Source: Candidatus Woesearchaeota archaeon (lineage in GTDB: Archaea > Nanobdellota > Nanobdellia > Pacearchaeales > GW2011-AR1). From it: 64,000 nt of DNA. Of the stretch, positions 49,101 through 59,140 are shown in pieces. Positions within the stretch are counted from its first letter, which is position 1; each line of letters starts with the position of its first letter. The notes beneath the pieces were generated by a model. The model was not told the DNA's origin and did not search any database. It was given only the letters and a program-made list of their open reading frames with translations. The position numbers and the translations under genes are program-made. The stretch covers positions 33,956 through 97,955 of the forward strand of contig CAYORV010000001.1 in NCBI GenBank assembly GCA_964406515.1, in the 5' to 3' direction.

Positions 49101-50531
49101 TCACAATAATTTATTTTTCTTTATAAGAATTTGTATTCTTCTTTTTTCATTTAATTTTTTCAAATCTCCTAAAGTTTTATCTAATTTTGATTTCATTTCT
49201 CTTGTAACTTTTTTATTTTTTTCAGCTAAATTTATATTTTCGTCCGGATCTTTTTCTAAATCATATAATGCGGTAATTGGTCCGTGCGTTGTATTACAGA
49301 TTCCACATACAGTGTGCTCTTTTTCAGGGGATTCCATATATTTATATTTTTTTGTTCTAATTGCTCTTCTTTTTATTCCTGCATTTTGTTCTTCCATAAT
49401 GATAGAATCTCTAATCTCTTTATCCCGACCAAATAAAAGCGGGAATAAACTTTTACCATCAAATGATAAAGAATCGTACTTTATTCCAATTAAATCAAGA
49501 ACTGTTGGAGCAAGATCTTCTAACTGGGTCAGTGCTTTAACATTTTTGTTTTGGGGAATTCCACTGCCAAAAATTATTAGGGGGATATTAAAAGAGACAT
49601 CATACACCCCCTCATTGTTGAAATAAACTTCATGTTCTCCAAGGCTTATCCCATGATCAGCGAATAAAAAAATGATAGTATCCTTTAGTAAATTCTCTTT
49701 TTTCAAAGTCTCAATTATTCTTCCTATCAATAAATCATCATAAAAAATGGCTGTATCATATTTTGTGGTTAATCCTTCGATGGTCTCATCAAATTTCCAA
49801 CAACCCCTTGAAAAATCTATATCTTTTTTATTATACCCTTCCATAGAATTTAATACCTCAAAGATTTTTTTACCCCCCGAGGGGATAGTGAATTTTTTAC
49901 TAAGAGCATAGGGAAACATATGGGGAACATGAGCATCATCATAATGTAACCATAAAAAAAAGTTGTTGTTTTTATTTTGTTTTATTATTTCTATTGCTTC
50001 ATTTGTCATTCTTTCTCCATTATTATTAAATCTTATTTTGCTTTCCAACCTTTTTGGGGTAAGATGAGTATTATGCAAAATAAATTTGAAGAAATTGTAT
50101 ATTAATGGTTTTTTTTGGAGAGATTTTATTAAATTCCATTTTTTTGATGCTTCTAAACTATCTTGTTCAAAAAAATAATCAAATCCTTTTTTTTGCCAAC
50201 CGAATAATTTTTCTAAAAAATGTGTTTTATAACCATGTTTTTGGAGTATTTCTGATAAGAGAACCCCCCCTGTATCAAAAAAAGAATTCATTTCTCTTTT
50301 AGAGGCATAATTCCCAAAATCTCTTGCTAAAATATGCCTTCCTCCGAGAATAGAGGAGAAAGATTTGTGAGTAACTGAGTAATACGAAAAAAAATTTTCG
50401 AATAATACTCCTTGGCTTGCATAAGAATCTATATTTGGGGAAGTATCTCTTTTATATCCATAACAACCAAGATTCCTTGGCCTTAAACCATCTACAGATA
50501 AAAAAATTATATTTGGTTTTTTATTTTCCAT
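49101..50531 (-). CDS. Sulfatase-like alkaline phosphatase superfamily hydrolase/transferase
   Basis: Close paralog of 47385..48815 with the same motifs. Confidence 0.85.
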   Translation of the reverse strand: MENKKPNIIFLSVDGLRPRNLGCYGYKRDTSPNIDSYASQGVLFENFFSYYSVTHKSFSSILGGRHILARDFGNYASKREMNSFFDTGGVLLSEILQKHGYKTHFLEKLFGWQKKGFDYFFEQDSLEASKKWNLIKSLQKKPLIYNFFKFILHNTHLTPKRLESKIRFNNNGERMTNEAIEIIKQNKNNNFFLWLHYDDAHVPHMFPYALSKKFTIPSGGKKIFEVLNSMEGYNKKDIDFSRGCWKFDETIEGLTTKYDTAIFYDDLLIGRIIETLKKENLLKDTIIFLFADHGISLGEHEVYFNNEGVYDVSFNIPLIIFGSGIPQNKNVKALTQLEDLAPTVLDLIGIKYDSLSFDGKSLFPLLFGRDKEIRDSIIMEEQNAGIKRRAIRTKKYKYMESPEKEHTVCGICNTTHGPITALYDLEKDPDENINLAEKNKKVTREMKSKLDKTLGDLKKLNEKRRIQILIKKNKLL

Positions 50532-50616
50532 TCATCTTAATATTTTAATCTATTTTTAAATTTTATGGACCTGGAATAGTAGAAATGTTTTAATACCTTA
50601 ATTTCATTTGTGAAGC

Positions 50617-50835
50617 ATGGATAAAAAAAGAGAATATGGAACAGTATCATTACCCTTGCCACTAATAACTTCTATTAAAGATAAGATTGAAGGAACAGGA
50701 ATACATTCTGTTTCTGCTTATATTTGTTTTATTCTTAGACAGATTCTTTCTTCTCCAGAAGAGAGTGATACTCCTTTAGACCGAAAAACAGAAGAAGAGA
50801 TTAAAAAGAGATTAAAAAAATTAGGCTATATCTAA
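50617..50835 (+). CDS. CopG/RHH-family transcription regulator with an LKKLGYI tail
   Basis: YGTVSLPLPL...IEGTGIHSVSAYICFILRQ...EEEIKKRLKKLGYI. Confidence 0.8.
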   Translation: MDKKREYGTVSLPLPLITSIKDKIEGTGIHSVSAYICFILRQILSSPEESDTPLDRKTEEEIKKRLKKLGYI

Positions 50836-50898
50836 TAAAATTTATTACCGAGGAATACTAAATAAGATTTAAAAAGTAATTATATATAATTATATACA

Positions 50899-52317
50899 AT
50901 GGCAGAGGTTTCAAAAAAGAACGTGAGTAAAATAATGTTTCTAACTCCTAGATATACTTTGTTTAAAAATGATGTTAGAAGATGTGTGACTCCTCTTGGA
51001 TTAGCTTATTTAGGAGCATACTTGGAAAGAGAAGGTTATGAAGTAAAAATTCTTGATGTTGCTAATGAAGGGTATAATAATATTAAACCCAATTGTGAGT
51101 TTATTACTTTTGGTTTAAATGATGAAGAAATTAAAGAAAAAATCAAAGAATTTCAACCAGATATTGTTGGAGTTTCTTGTATATTTTCGACACAAGCAGA
51201 GAATGCAAAAGAGATTCTTAAGCTTGTTAAAGAAATTGATTCTGAAATTTTTACGATGATTGGGGGTTCTCATCCAACTTATGATTTATTAAATATTTTA
51301 GATAAAAATTATGTTGATTTTGTGGTGATGGGAGAAGGAGAATTGCCTGTTTCCCAATTACTGCTTGCATTAAATGAAGGAAAAGACCTATCTAAAATTG
51401 GGGGTCTTGCATACAAGTCAAACGGAAATAAAATAATAAACACCAACAAACAATATGTTGAAAACTTAGATGAATTAGCCTTTCCTGCGAGACATCTCTT
51501 AAATATGGATATGTATTTTAAGATTAATGCTCCACAAAACCCATATCCACAGGGAAAAAGGGTTGCTCAAATAATTACATCAAGGGGTTGCTCAGCGAAA
51601 TGTGTTTTTTGTACAACTACTAATTTTTGGGGGAATCGCCATAGAGGAAGAAGTGCTGAAAAAGTAATTGAAGAAATAAAGGAAATGAAGGAAAAATATA
51701 ATATAGATGAAATTCAAATCACAGATGATAATTTTACATTGAACAAAGAAAGAGCTATGCAAATTTTAGAAGGTATTAAGAATTTGAATTTATATTGGTG
51801 TGCTCCCCAAGGGATTGCTGTTTGGGCCCTAGACGAAGAATTATTGGAAAAGATGAAGGAAAGTGGTTGTTATCAATTGACTTTTGCTGTTGAAAGTGGT
51901 AATCAAAAAGTGCTGAATGAAATTGTGAAAAAGCCATTAAATCTTCAAAAAGTTAAACCTCTTGTCAAAAAAGCCAAGGAACTTGGAATTAAAGTTCATT
52001 CTTTTGCTATTTGTGGCTTACCTGGAGAAACAATAGAAAATATGCAAGAAACCTATGATTTTGTAAAAAATTGTAATTTTGATAGTGCTTCTTTTTTTGT
52101 TGCTACTCCCCTAATTGGTTCTGAATTATTGGAAACTTGTAAAAGAGAAGGTTGCTTAAGAAAAGAAATGACTTGTAAGGACCAATTGTTTAAGATTGGG
52201 AATATCTCAACTAAAGAATTTACTGCTAAACAAGTTCAGGAAATTTGTGCTAAGTTTAACAAGGAATATAATAAAAATGATACCAGGGAGAAAAAATTTG
52301 AAGATGAAAAATATTGA
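50899..52317 (+). CDS. Cobalamin-binding radical SAM protein
   Basis: [36 protein letters not shown]. Confidence 0.9.
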   Translation: MAEVSKKNVSKIMFLTPRYTLFKNDVRRCVTPLGLAYLGAYLEREGYEVKILDVANEGYNNIKPNCEFITFGLNDEEIKEKIKEFQPDIVGVSCIFSTQAENAKEILKLVKEIDSEIFTMIGGSHPTYDLLNILDKNYVDFVVMGEGELPVSQLLLALNEGKDLSKIGGLAYKSNGNKIINTNKQYVENLDELAFPARHLLNMDMYFKINAPQNPYPQGKRVAQIITSRGCSAKCVFCTTTNFWGNRHRGRSAEKVIEEIKEMKEKYNIDEIQITDDNFTLNKERAMQILEGIKNLNLYWCAPQGIAVWALDEELLEKMKESGCYQLTFAVESGNQKVLNEIVKKPLNLQKVKPLVKKAKELGIKVHSFAICGLPGETIENMQETYDFVKNCNFDSASFFVATPLIGSELLETCKREGCLRKEMTCKDQLFKIGNISTKEFTAKQVQEICAKFNKEYNKNDTREKKFEDEKY

Positions 52318-53638
52318 AAATAAAAAAAGTGAAGATAAACCAAAAAAGATTTATGTGGCTATGTGTGCAGATTTGTTGCATCATGGACATATTAACATTA
52401 TAAAAGAAAGTAGGAAATTGGGAGAAGTTGTAGTTGGTTTGCTTACAGATGAGGCCATTGCGAGTTATAAAAGAGTTCCTCTTATCCCTTATGAACAAAG
52501 GAAAATAATTGTTGAGAATATAAAAGGTGTAAAAGAAGTTGTGGCTCAGGAAAATTTTGATTATGTTCCTACACTTAAAAAAGTGAGACCAGATTATGTT
52601 GTTCACGGAGATGATTGGAAAACAGGAATTCAAAGGAAGGTTCGGCAAAGAATTATAGATGTGCTTAATGAATGGGGAGGTAAAATTGTAGAAATACCTT
52701 ATACCAAAGGCATGTCCTCCACAGGACTACAAGGAAATGTAAAAGAAATAGGAATCACTCGAGAAATGAGAACGAAAAGATTAAGGAGGTTGCTTGAATT
52801 TAAACCACTGGTAAAAATTTTAGAATCCCATAATGGGTTGACAGCTATGATCGTAGAAAATACATTCATTGAAGAAAATAATGTAAAAAAAGAATTTGAT
52901 GGTGTATGGGTAAGTAGTTTAACTGACTCTGTCTCCAAAGGAAAGCCAGACACAGGAATTGTAGATTTGACTTCTAGATTGAGTACAATAAATCATATTT
53001 TAGAAGTGACTACAAAACCAATAATTCTTGATGGAGACAATGGGGGGGAAATTGAACATTTTTCATCCATGGTAAGAACATTGGAAAGATTGGGAGTTTC
53101 TGCAGTAATAATTGAAGATAAAATTGGATTCAAAAGAAATTCTTTATTTGGAACAGAAGCAAACCAATCACAAGAAGAGGTTTCAAAATTTGCAGAGAAA
53201 ATTTCTGCAGGGAAAAAAGTACAATTAGAAGATGATTTTATGATTATCTCGAGGATTGAAAGTTTAATTTTAGGAAAAGGAATTTATGATGCTCTTATTA
53301 GGGCAAAAGCATATATTGAAGCTGGAGCAGATGCCATAATGATTCACAGTAAAGAAAGAGATGGGAAAGAAATTTTAGAATTTTGTAAACAATATTCTCA
53401 AATTGAAAATAAAGTGCCCTTGGTCGTTGTGCCCTCTACATATAGCCATATTAAGGAAGAAGAATTAATCAATGCTGGAGTAAATATGGTTATCTATGCC
53501 AACCATTTATTAAGAAGTGCATATCCTGCAATGAAAAAAACAGCTGAAAAAATTTTATTGAATGAGAGAGCGTATGAGTGTGAAGAAGATTGCATGCCTA
53601 TCAAAGATCTTCTAAATTTAATTTCTGAAGGAAGATGA
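52304..53638 (+). CDS. pepM: Cytidylyltransferase-phosphoenolpyruvate mutase fusion
   Basis: ADLLHHGH and HGDDW N-domain; [21 protein letters not shown] (PepM EDKX5NS signature); start placed at ATG 52304. Confidence 0.93.
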   Translation: MKNIENKKSEDKPKKIYVAMCADLLHHGHINIIKESRKLGEVVVGLLTDEAIASYKRVPLIPYEQRKIIVENIKGVKEVVAQENFDYVPTLKKVRPDYVVHGDDWKTGIQRKVRQRIIDVLNEWGGKIVEIPYTKGMSSTGLQGNVKEIGITREMRTKRLRRLLEFKPLVKILESHNGLTAMIVENTFIEENNVKKEFDGVWVSSLTDSVSKGKPDTGIVDLTSRLSTINHILEVTTKPIILDGDNGGEIEHFSSMVRTLERLGVSAVIIEDKIGFKRNSLFGTEANQSQEEVSKFAEKISAGKKVQLEDDFMIISRIESLILGKGIYDALIRAKAYIEAGADAIMIHSKERDGKEILEFCKQYSQIENKVPLVVVPSTYSHIKEEELINAGVNMVIYANHLLRSAYPAMKKTAEKILLNERAYECEEDCMPIKDLLNLISEGR

Positions 53639-54756
53639 TATCCTGCTCTGATTTAGCACACGTGTTTAAGGAAAATGATTTGACTTATTTTGCCGGTGTG
53701 CCTGATTCTACTTTTAAGGACTGGATGAGTTTTTTAGCAGATAGAAATAATTTAACAAACCGAATTGCATGTAATGAATGTGAGGCTATTGCTCTTGCAA
53801 CGGGATATCATCTTTCAACAAAAAATGTTGGAGTTGTTTATATGCAAAATTCTGGTTTAGGAAAAACAGTGAATCCTTTGACATCTTTAGCATCAAAAGA
53901 AGTTTATGGAATTCCTCTTATTTTAATGATTGGTTGGAGAGGAGAACCTGGAAAAAAGGATGAACCCCAACATAAAATGATGGGGAGAATTATGGAATCT
54001 CAACTTAAAACACTAGAAATTCCTTATTCAGTTCTCCCAGATAATATTGAAGATGTAGAAGAAACAATACGATGGGCTAAACAGACTGCAAAACAAAACA
54101 ACTATGCTTCAGCAATAATTATTAAAAAAAATACCTTGGAAAAATATGTCTCTGAGAATTCTACTGAAACAAATTATGAAATGTCAAGGGAAGAGGCAAT
54201 AAAAACTGTGATTGATAATTTGGAAGGAAATGAGGCAATTGTTTCAACAACAGGAAAAACTTCAAGAGAATTATTTGAATATCGGATTGCTCAAGGAGAA
54301 AAAGTCAGAGATTTTTTGACTCTTGGAAGCATGGGATGTTCTGCTTCAATTGTAGCAGAAGTGGCTTTGCAAAAACCTGATAAAAAGATTTATTGTTTTG
54401 ATGGAGATGGAGCCGTGTTGATGCAAATGGGGGCATTGTCCACTATTGGAAAATATAAACCAAAAAACTTTACTCATGTGATTTTTGATAATGCTTCTTA
54501 TGATTCAACAGGAGGGCAACCAACGAATTCAAGGAATGTTGATTTTGCACAGGTGGCAGAATCTTGTGGATATGTTAATACAAGAGTTGTTAAGACAAAA
54601 AGTGATTTAGGAAGAGTTGTTGAGAAATTAAGAAATTTAGAAGGGCCTAACATAGTTGTTGTTAATATTAATAAAGGATCGAGGAAGAATCTTGGAAGAC
54701 CCACAACAACACCCGAAGAAGATAAAACATCATTTATGGAATTTTTAGAAAAATGA
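53635..54756 (+). CDS. aepY: Phosphonopyruvate decarboxylase
   Basis: [46 protein letters not shown]. Confidence 0.93.
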   Translation: MISCSDLAHVFKENDLTYFAGVPDSTFKDWMSFLADRNNLTNRIACNECEAIALATGYHLSTKNVGVVYMQNSGLGKTVNPLTSLASKEVYGIPLILMIGWRGEPGKKDEPQHKMMGRIMESQLKTLEIPYSVLPDNIEDVEETIRWAKQTAKQNNYASAIIIKKNTLEKYVSENSTETNYEMSREEAIKTVIDNLEGNEAIVSTTGKTSRELFEYRIAQGEKVRDFLTLGSMGCSASIVAEVALQKPDKKIYCFDGDGAVLMQMGALSTIGKYKPKNFTHVIFDNASYDSTGGQPTNSRNVDFAQVAESCGYVNTRVVKTKSDLGRVVEKLRNLEGPNIVVVNINKGSRKNLGRPTTTPEEDKTSFMEFLEK

Positions 54757-55856
54757 AACAACAAGAGTATTTTGACTTTGGAAGTTTAGAGAATCTTAGA
54801 GATATTTTGGAATATGAAAAATCAAGGAATGTTTTTCTTGTTACTGGAAGAGATTCTTATGAAAAATGTGGAGCTAAAGAAAAAATAGAAACGATCTTAG
54901 GAAATTCAGAAATTGGTTTTACAAGATTTTGTGATTTTTTTTCTAATCCTAACATAAAAGATATACAAAAAGGGTGTGATTCATTTAAGAAGAAAAACTA
55001 TGATCTTATTATGGGTGTTGGTGGTGGAAGTGTTATTGATACTGCAAAAGCCATTAAATTATTCAATTGCCCAAAAGCAGAGAAAATTCCTTTGATCGCG
55101 ATACCAACGACTGCCGGAAGCGGAAGTGAAGCTACGTGGTTTGTTGTTTTTTACAAAGGAAAAGAAAAACAATCTTGGGGAAATGAAACAATTACATTGC
55201 CCAATTATTCAGTCATTGACCCAAAATTAACAATGTCTCTGTCAAGAAAGGTTGCTGCGAGTACTGGTATGGATGCATTGGCTCAAGCAGTTGAATCATA
55301 TTGGTGCATTAATTCAACAGATGAATCAAAAAGAATTGCAAGACAATCGATAAAATTAACCTTAAAAAATTTGGAAAGAGCTGTTAATGGGAAAGGTAAG
55401 AGAGCAAGAGGAAATATGGCGTTATCTTCGAATCTTGCAGGAAAGGCCATTAACCTCACAAGGACTACTGCTTGTCATTCAATAGCTTATCCCATTACTT
55501 CTTATTTTGATGTTGCCCATGGGCATGCTGTTGGTTTAACTTTAGGAGAAATGCTGACTTATAATTCTAAAGTAACTGAAGGAGATTGTAATGATGGTAG
55601 GGGATTTGAGTATGCTAGAAAAACGATTAATGAATTAGTTGAGATATTTGAAGTAGGGTGTGTTGATGGAACTTCTCGTAGAATTAAAAATTTGATGGAT
55701 TCAATTGGATTAGAGACACGATTATCTGAAATAGAAATTGGCGAACAAGGAAGGGAGATTATAATCGACAAAGGATTTAAACCAGAAAGGGTTAAAAACA
55801 ATCCAAGGATATTAACAAGGAATGGATTGAGGAAAATTTTGGAGAAGATTGCTTAA
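54753..55856 (+). CDS. Group III (Fe) alcohol dehydrogenase, probable phosphonoacetaldehyde reductase (PhpC/FomC-like)
   Basis: GGGSVIDTAK; PTTAGSGSEAT; DALAQ; AINLTRTTACH; HGHAV; RVKNNP; follows pepM and aepY. Confidence 0.85.
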   Translation: MKQQEYFDFGSLENLRDILEYEKSRNVFLVTGRDSYEKCGAKEKIETILGNSEIGFTRFCDFFSNPNIKDIQKGCDSFKKKNYDLIMGVGGGSVIDTAKAIKLFNCPKAEKIPLIAIPTTAGSGSEATWFVVFYKGKEKQSWGNETITLPNYSVIDPKLTMSLSRKVAASTGMDALAQAVESYWCINSTDESKRIARQSIKLTLKNLERAVNGKGKRARGNMALSSNLAGKAINLTRTTACHSIAYPITSYFDVAHGHAVGLTLGEMLTYNSKVTEGDCNDGRGFEYARKTINELVEIFEVGCVDGTSRRIKNLMDSIGLETRLSEIEIGEQGREIIIDKGFKPERVKNNPRILTRNGLRKILEKIA

Positions 55857-57235
55857 TGAAAAAAGTATTTGTGTTTGGAATTGATGGTGCAATGCCTGAA
55901 AAGATTTTTGGCGAGTGGTTAGATGAGTTGCCAACCATCAAAAAACTTATGGGAGAAGGATGTTATGCTAAATTGAATTCGACTATTCCTCCTTTAACTG
56001 CTGTGGCTTGGACCTCTATGAGAACAGGTAAACCACCTGCTGAACATGGTCTTTTTGAATATATCTTTAGAAAAAAGAACTCTTACACAGATATGGGAGT
56101 TATATCTGCAAATAATATCCAAGAAAAATCTATTTGGCATATTGTATCTGAACACAATAAAAAATCAATAGTTTGTCTTGTTCCAATAACTTGGCCAATT
56201 AAACCTTTCACTGGAACAATTGTATCTGGATTTCTCACTCCAGATATTGAATCTGAATATACTTTTCCACGGGAATTCAAAAAAGAAATAAAATCTCTTT
56301 TTGACGAACCATTTATTATAGATCTCTATGATCATAGAAAACTATCTAAAAAAGAACTCTTAGAAAAATGTATTAAAATTACTGAAATGCATTTTAAATT
56401 AATGAAATATTTAATTCGAAAAAAGGAATGGGATTTATTTTTTGGAATAATTGCCGCGAGTGATTGGGTAAATCATAGTTTTTTCAAATATATGGATAAA
56501 GAACATAGAAATTATGAACCAGATTCTGAATTTAAAAATACTTTAAAAAATTATTATAAATTTGTAGATAAGAATCTTGGAGAATTGATAGAACTACTTC
56601 CAAAAGATACTACTATCATTATTGTTTCTGATCATGGTATAAAAAGGATGCATAATAGATTTAACTTGAGTGATTGGCTTTTGAAAAAAGGTTATTTGGT
56701 TTTAAAAGAAAAATTTGAAACAAAACTCCCTCTCAACTTAGAAATGATTGATTGGGAAAAAACAAGGGCTTGGGCGATTGGAGCATATGAAGGGCAGATA
56801 TTTATTAATTTAAAGAATCGAGAACCTGGAGGAATTGTAGACGAAAAAGATTATGATGAATTGGTGGAAGAGATTCAAGAAGGATTGTCTCAAATAAAAG
56901 GAGATCGAGGAGAGGAATTAGATACAAAATTCTTCAAGAAGAAAAAAGATTTTGTTGGGAAAAATAACCAACACGCTCCAGATCTGATGGTTTATTTTGA
57001 TGATTTGCAATATGGATGTAATAATTCTTTTGTCCACAATGAAACAATGTGGAATATTGAGACTCTGAAGGGGAAGGATGATGCGGGACATTCGAGACAA
57101 GGAATGTTTATAATGAACAAGTCTAATCAAAAGGGGTATATTGGAGAAATTGATATTTTAGATGTTGCTCCTACAATATTAAACCTATTAAAAGTAACAA
57201 TGCCCAGAGATCTTAAAGGAAAAATCATAAAATGA
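55856..57235 (+). CDS. Type I phosphodiesterase/nucleotide pyrophosphatase family protein
   Basis: GIDGA; STIPPLTAVAW; SDHG; DDAGH. Confidence 0.85.
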   Translation: MKKVFVFGIDGAMPEKIFGEWLDELPTIKKLMGEGCYAKLNSTIPPLTAVAWTSMRTGKPPAEHGLFEYIFRKKNSYTDMGVISANNIQEKSIWHIVSEHNKKSIVCLVPITWPIKPFTGTIVSGFLTPDIESEYTFPREFKKEIKSLFDEPFIIDLYDHRKLSKKELLEKCIKITEMHFKLMKYLIRKKEWDLFFGIIAASDWVNHSFFKYMDKEHRNYEPDSEFKNTLKNYYKFVDKNLGELIELLPKDTTIIIVSDHGIKRMHNRFNLSDWLLKKGYLVLKEKFETKLPLNLEMIDWEKTRAWAIGAYEGQIFINLKNREPGGIVDEKDYDELVEEIQEGLSQIKGDRGEELDTKFFKKKKDFVGKNNQHAPDLMVYFDDLQYGCNNSFVHNETMWNIETLKGKDDAGHSRQGMFIMNKSNQKGYIGEIDILDVAPTILNLLKVTMPRDLKGKIIK

Positions 57236-57270
57236 TTTCTAAGCCTCCAAAATTTCATTGCCTATGAATA

Positions 57271-57288
57271 CTCAATAAACTTTAAATA
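57271..57288 (+). promoter_or_regulatory. Extended TATA promoter motif (variant)
   Basis: CTCAATAAACTTTAAATA, 22 nt before ATG 57311. Confidence 0.55.
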
Positions 57289-57310
57289 GTATTCCTAAAT
57301 AATTATTTTT

Positions 57311-58687
57311 ATGAGAAATAAAAAGGTGTTTGTTTTAGGGATTGATGGTGCTCCTCCCGAACTAATCTTCAATGAATGGTTGGATGATTTACCCGTAATT
57401 AAAAAATTAATGCTAGAAGGAACTTATGCAAAATTAAATAGCACCATTCCTCCTGTGTCTGCGGTTGCTTGGATATCGATGTGTACTGGAAAGTTGCCTT
57501 CTGATCATGGGGTTTTTGATTATATATGTAGAAAAAATAATTCCTATGAGGACATAAGTGTAGTTTCAACTAATAATGTTCAGGAAGAATCTGTTTGGGA
57601 AATTCTTTCTAGATATAATAAAAAATCAATTTTTTGTTTAATTCCAGTAACTTGGCCAATTAAACCCTTTGATGGCATTGGGGTTAGCGGATTTCTCACT
57701 CCGAGAGTTAAAAGAGATTATGTTTATCCTTCGCACCTACAACAAGAAGTTGAATCTCTTTTTGATGAACCTTTTATAATAGACATAGAAAAACATAGAG
57801 ATTTATCAAAAGAAGATTTGCTTGAAAAAATTTATAAAATGACTGAAATGCATTTTAAATTGATGAAGCATATGATAAAAAATAAACAATGGGATTTGTT
57901 CTGGGGAGTGATTATGGGAAGCGATAGAATGAATCATAACTTTTGGAGGTTCTTTGATAAGGGGCATAGAAGATATGAAAATAATCTTGAATTTGAAACT
58001 GCATTAAAAGATTATTATAAATTCCTGGATAAAAATCTTGGAGAATTAATTCAATTACTTGATGATGATACAACAATCATTGTAGTCTCGGACCATGGAA
58101 TACAGAAAATGGATACTAGGGTGAATTTAAGTGATTGGCTTATTAAAGAAGGATACTTGGTCCTTAAAGAACCTGTTAAAGAAAAAATGAAATTTACTAT
58201 GGATATGGTTAATTGGGACGAAACAAGGGTTTTTGCAAGGGGTGCATGGGATGGACAAATTTTTCTTAATTTAAAAGGCAGAGAAGAAAAAGGAATTGTG
58301 AATGAGGACGAATATGAAAATCTTATTGAAGAGTTAGAAATGAAATTAAAACAAATAAAAGGGGATGATGAAAAAGTTTTGGATACAAAGATTTTCAAGA
58401 AAAAAGATTATAGCGGGAAATTTGATAACATTGCGCCAGACATGATTATTTATTTTGATAATTTGAATTATGGATGTAATACAACTTTAATAGGAAATCC
58501 TACTTTTTGGTCTCCTCAAACAGCAATTGGTAGTGATGATGTCACTCATTCGAAAAAAGGGATATTTATTACTAATAATTCTCAGAAAGGAAACATTGGA
58601 GAAATTGGAATTATAGACATTGCTCCAACAATCCTAAATGAATTAGAAGTGCCAATCCCCAAAGATATGAAGGGGGAGATCTTATGA
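57311..58687 (+). CDS. Type I phosphodiesterase/nucleotide pyrophosphatase family protein (tandem paralog)
   Basis: GIDGA; STIPPVSAVAW; SDHG; DDVTH. Confidence 0.85.
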   Translation: MRNKKVFVLGIDGAPPELIFNEWLDDLPVIKKLMLEGTYAKLNSTIPPVSAVAWISMCTGKLPSDHGVFDYICRKNNSYEDISVVSTNNVQEESVWEILSRYNKKSIFCLIPVTWPIKPFDGIGVSGFLTPRVKRDYVYPSHLQQEVESLFDEPFIIDIEKHRDLSKEDLLEKIYKMTEMHFKLMKHMIKNKQWDLFWGVIMGSDRMNHNFWRFFDKGHRRYENNLEFETALKDYYKFLDKNLGELIQLLDDDTTIIVVSDHGIQKMDTRVNLSDWLIKEGYLVLKEPVKEKMKFTMDMVNWDETRVFARGAWDGQIFLNLKGREEKGIVNEDEYENLIEELEMKLKQIKGDDEKVLDTKIFKKKDYSGKFDNIAPDMIIYFDNLNYGCNTTLIGNPTFWSPQTAIGSDDVTHSKKGIFITNNSQKGNIGEIGIIDIAPTILNELEVPIPKDMKGEIL

Positions 58688-59139
58688 AAGTTGTTTATAC
58701 ATATGTTGTTGCAGATTTATTGCATATGGGGCATGTTCTTTATTTAGAAAATGCTAGAACCTTCGGAGATAAATTAATTGTGGGGGTTTTAACAGACAAA
58801 GCTGCAATGGAAAAAAAACCAAAACCTGCCTTGGCTTTTAGTGAAAGAATGAGATTAGTAAAGGCACTTAAGTGTGTTGATTGTGTTGTTGCTCAAGATG
58901 ATTATTCTCCAATAAATAACATAAAATCAATTAAACCCGATGTCTTAATTGAGAGTTCTAGTCATTCTGAAGAAAATTTGCTGAAAGTAAAAGAACTTGC
59001 GAATGCAATTTCATGTAAGGTTATTGTAATGCCTTATTATCCTGGTCAAAGTTCAACTCAGATTAAGGAAGGTATAAGAAACAATATTGCAGATTCAGGA
59101 AATCAAGATAGTTTGAATAAGGAACCAAGAAGGGAGTGA
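58684..59139 (+). CDS. Cytidylyltransferase (TagD-like, HxGH)
   Basis: ADLLHMGH; VGVLTD; QSSTQIK. Confidence 0.85.
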   Translation: MKVVYTYVVADLLHMGHVLYLENARTFGDKLIVGVLTDKAAMEKKPKPALAFSERMRLVKALKCVDCVVAQDDYSPINNIKSIKPDVLIESSSHSEENLLKVKELANAISCKVIVMPYYPGQSSTQIKEGIRNNIADSGNQDSLNKEPRRE

Positions 59140-59140
59140 A

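Larger units (their letters stand above)
47080..50531 (-). repeat. Tandem duplication of a ~1.7-kb unit (sulfatase-like gene plus RHH gene)
   Basis: Long near-identical nucleotide blocks (about 47380-47585 vs 49096-49300); same TTGTGAAGATG stop/start junction in both units. Confidence 0.9.

Noticed and set aside
52196..52303. N-terminal extension of PepM in the ORF track (similarly at 19138, 28079, 13462, 18018, 38743 and 48830)
   Set aside because: The extensions overlap upstream genes or promoters; downstream ATGs match domain starts
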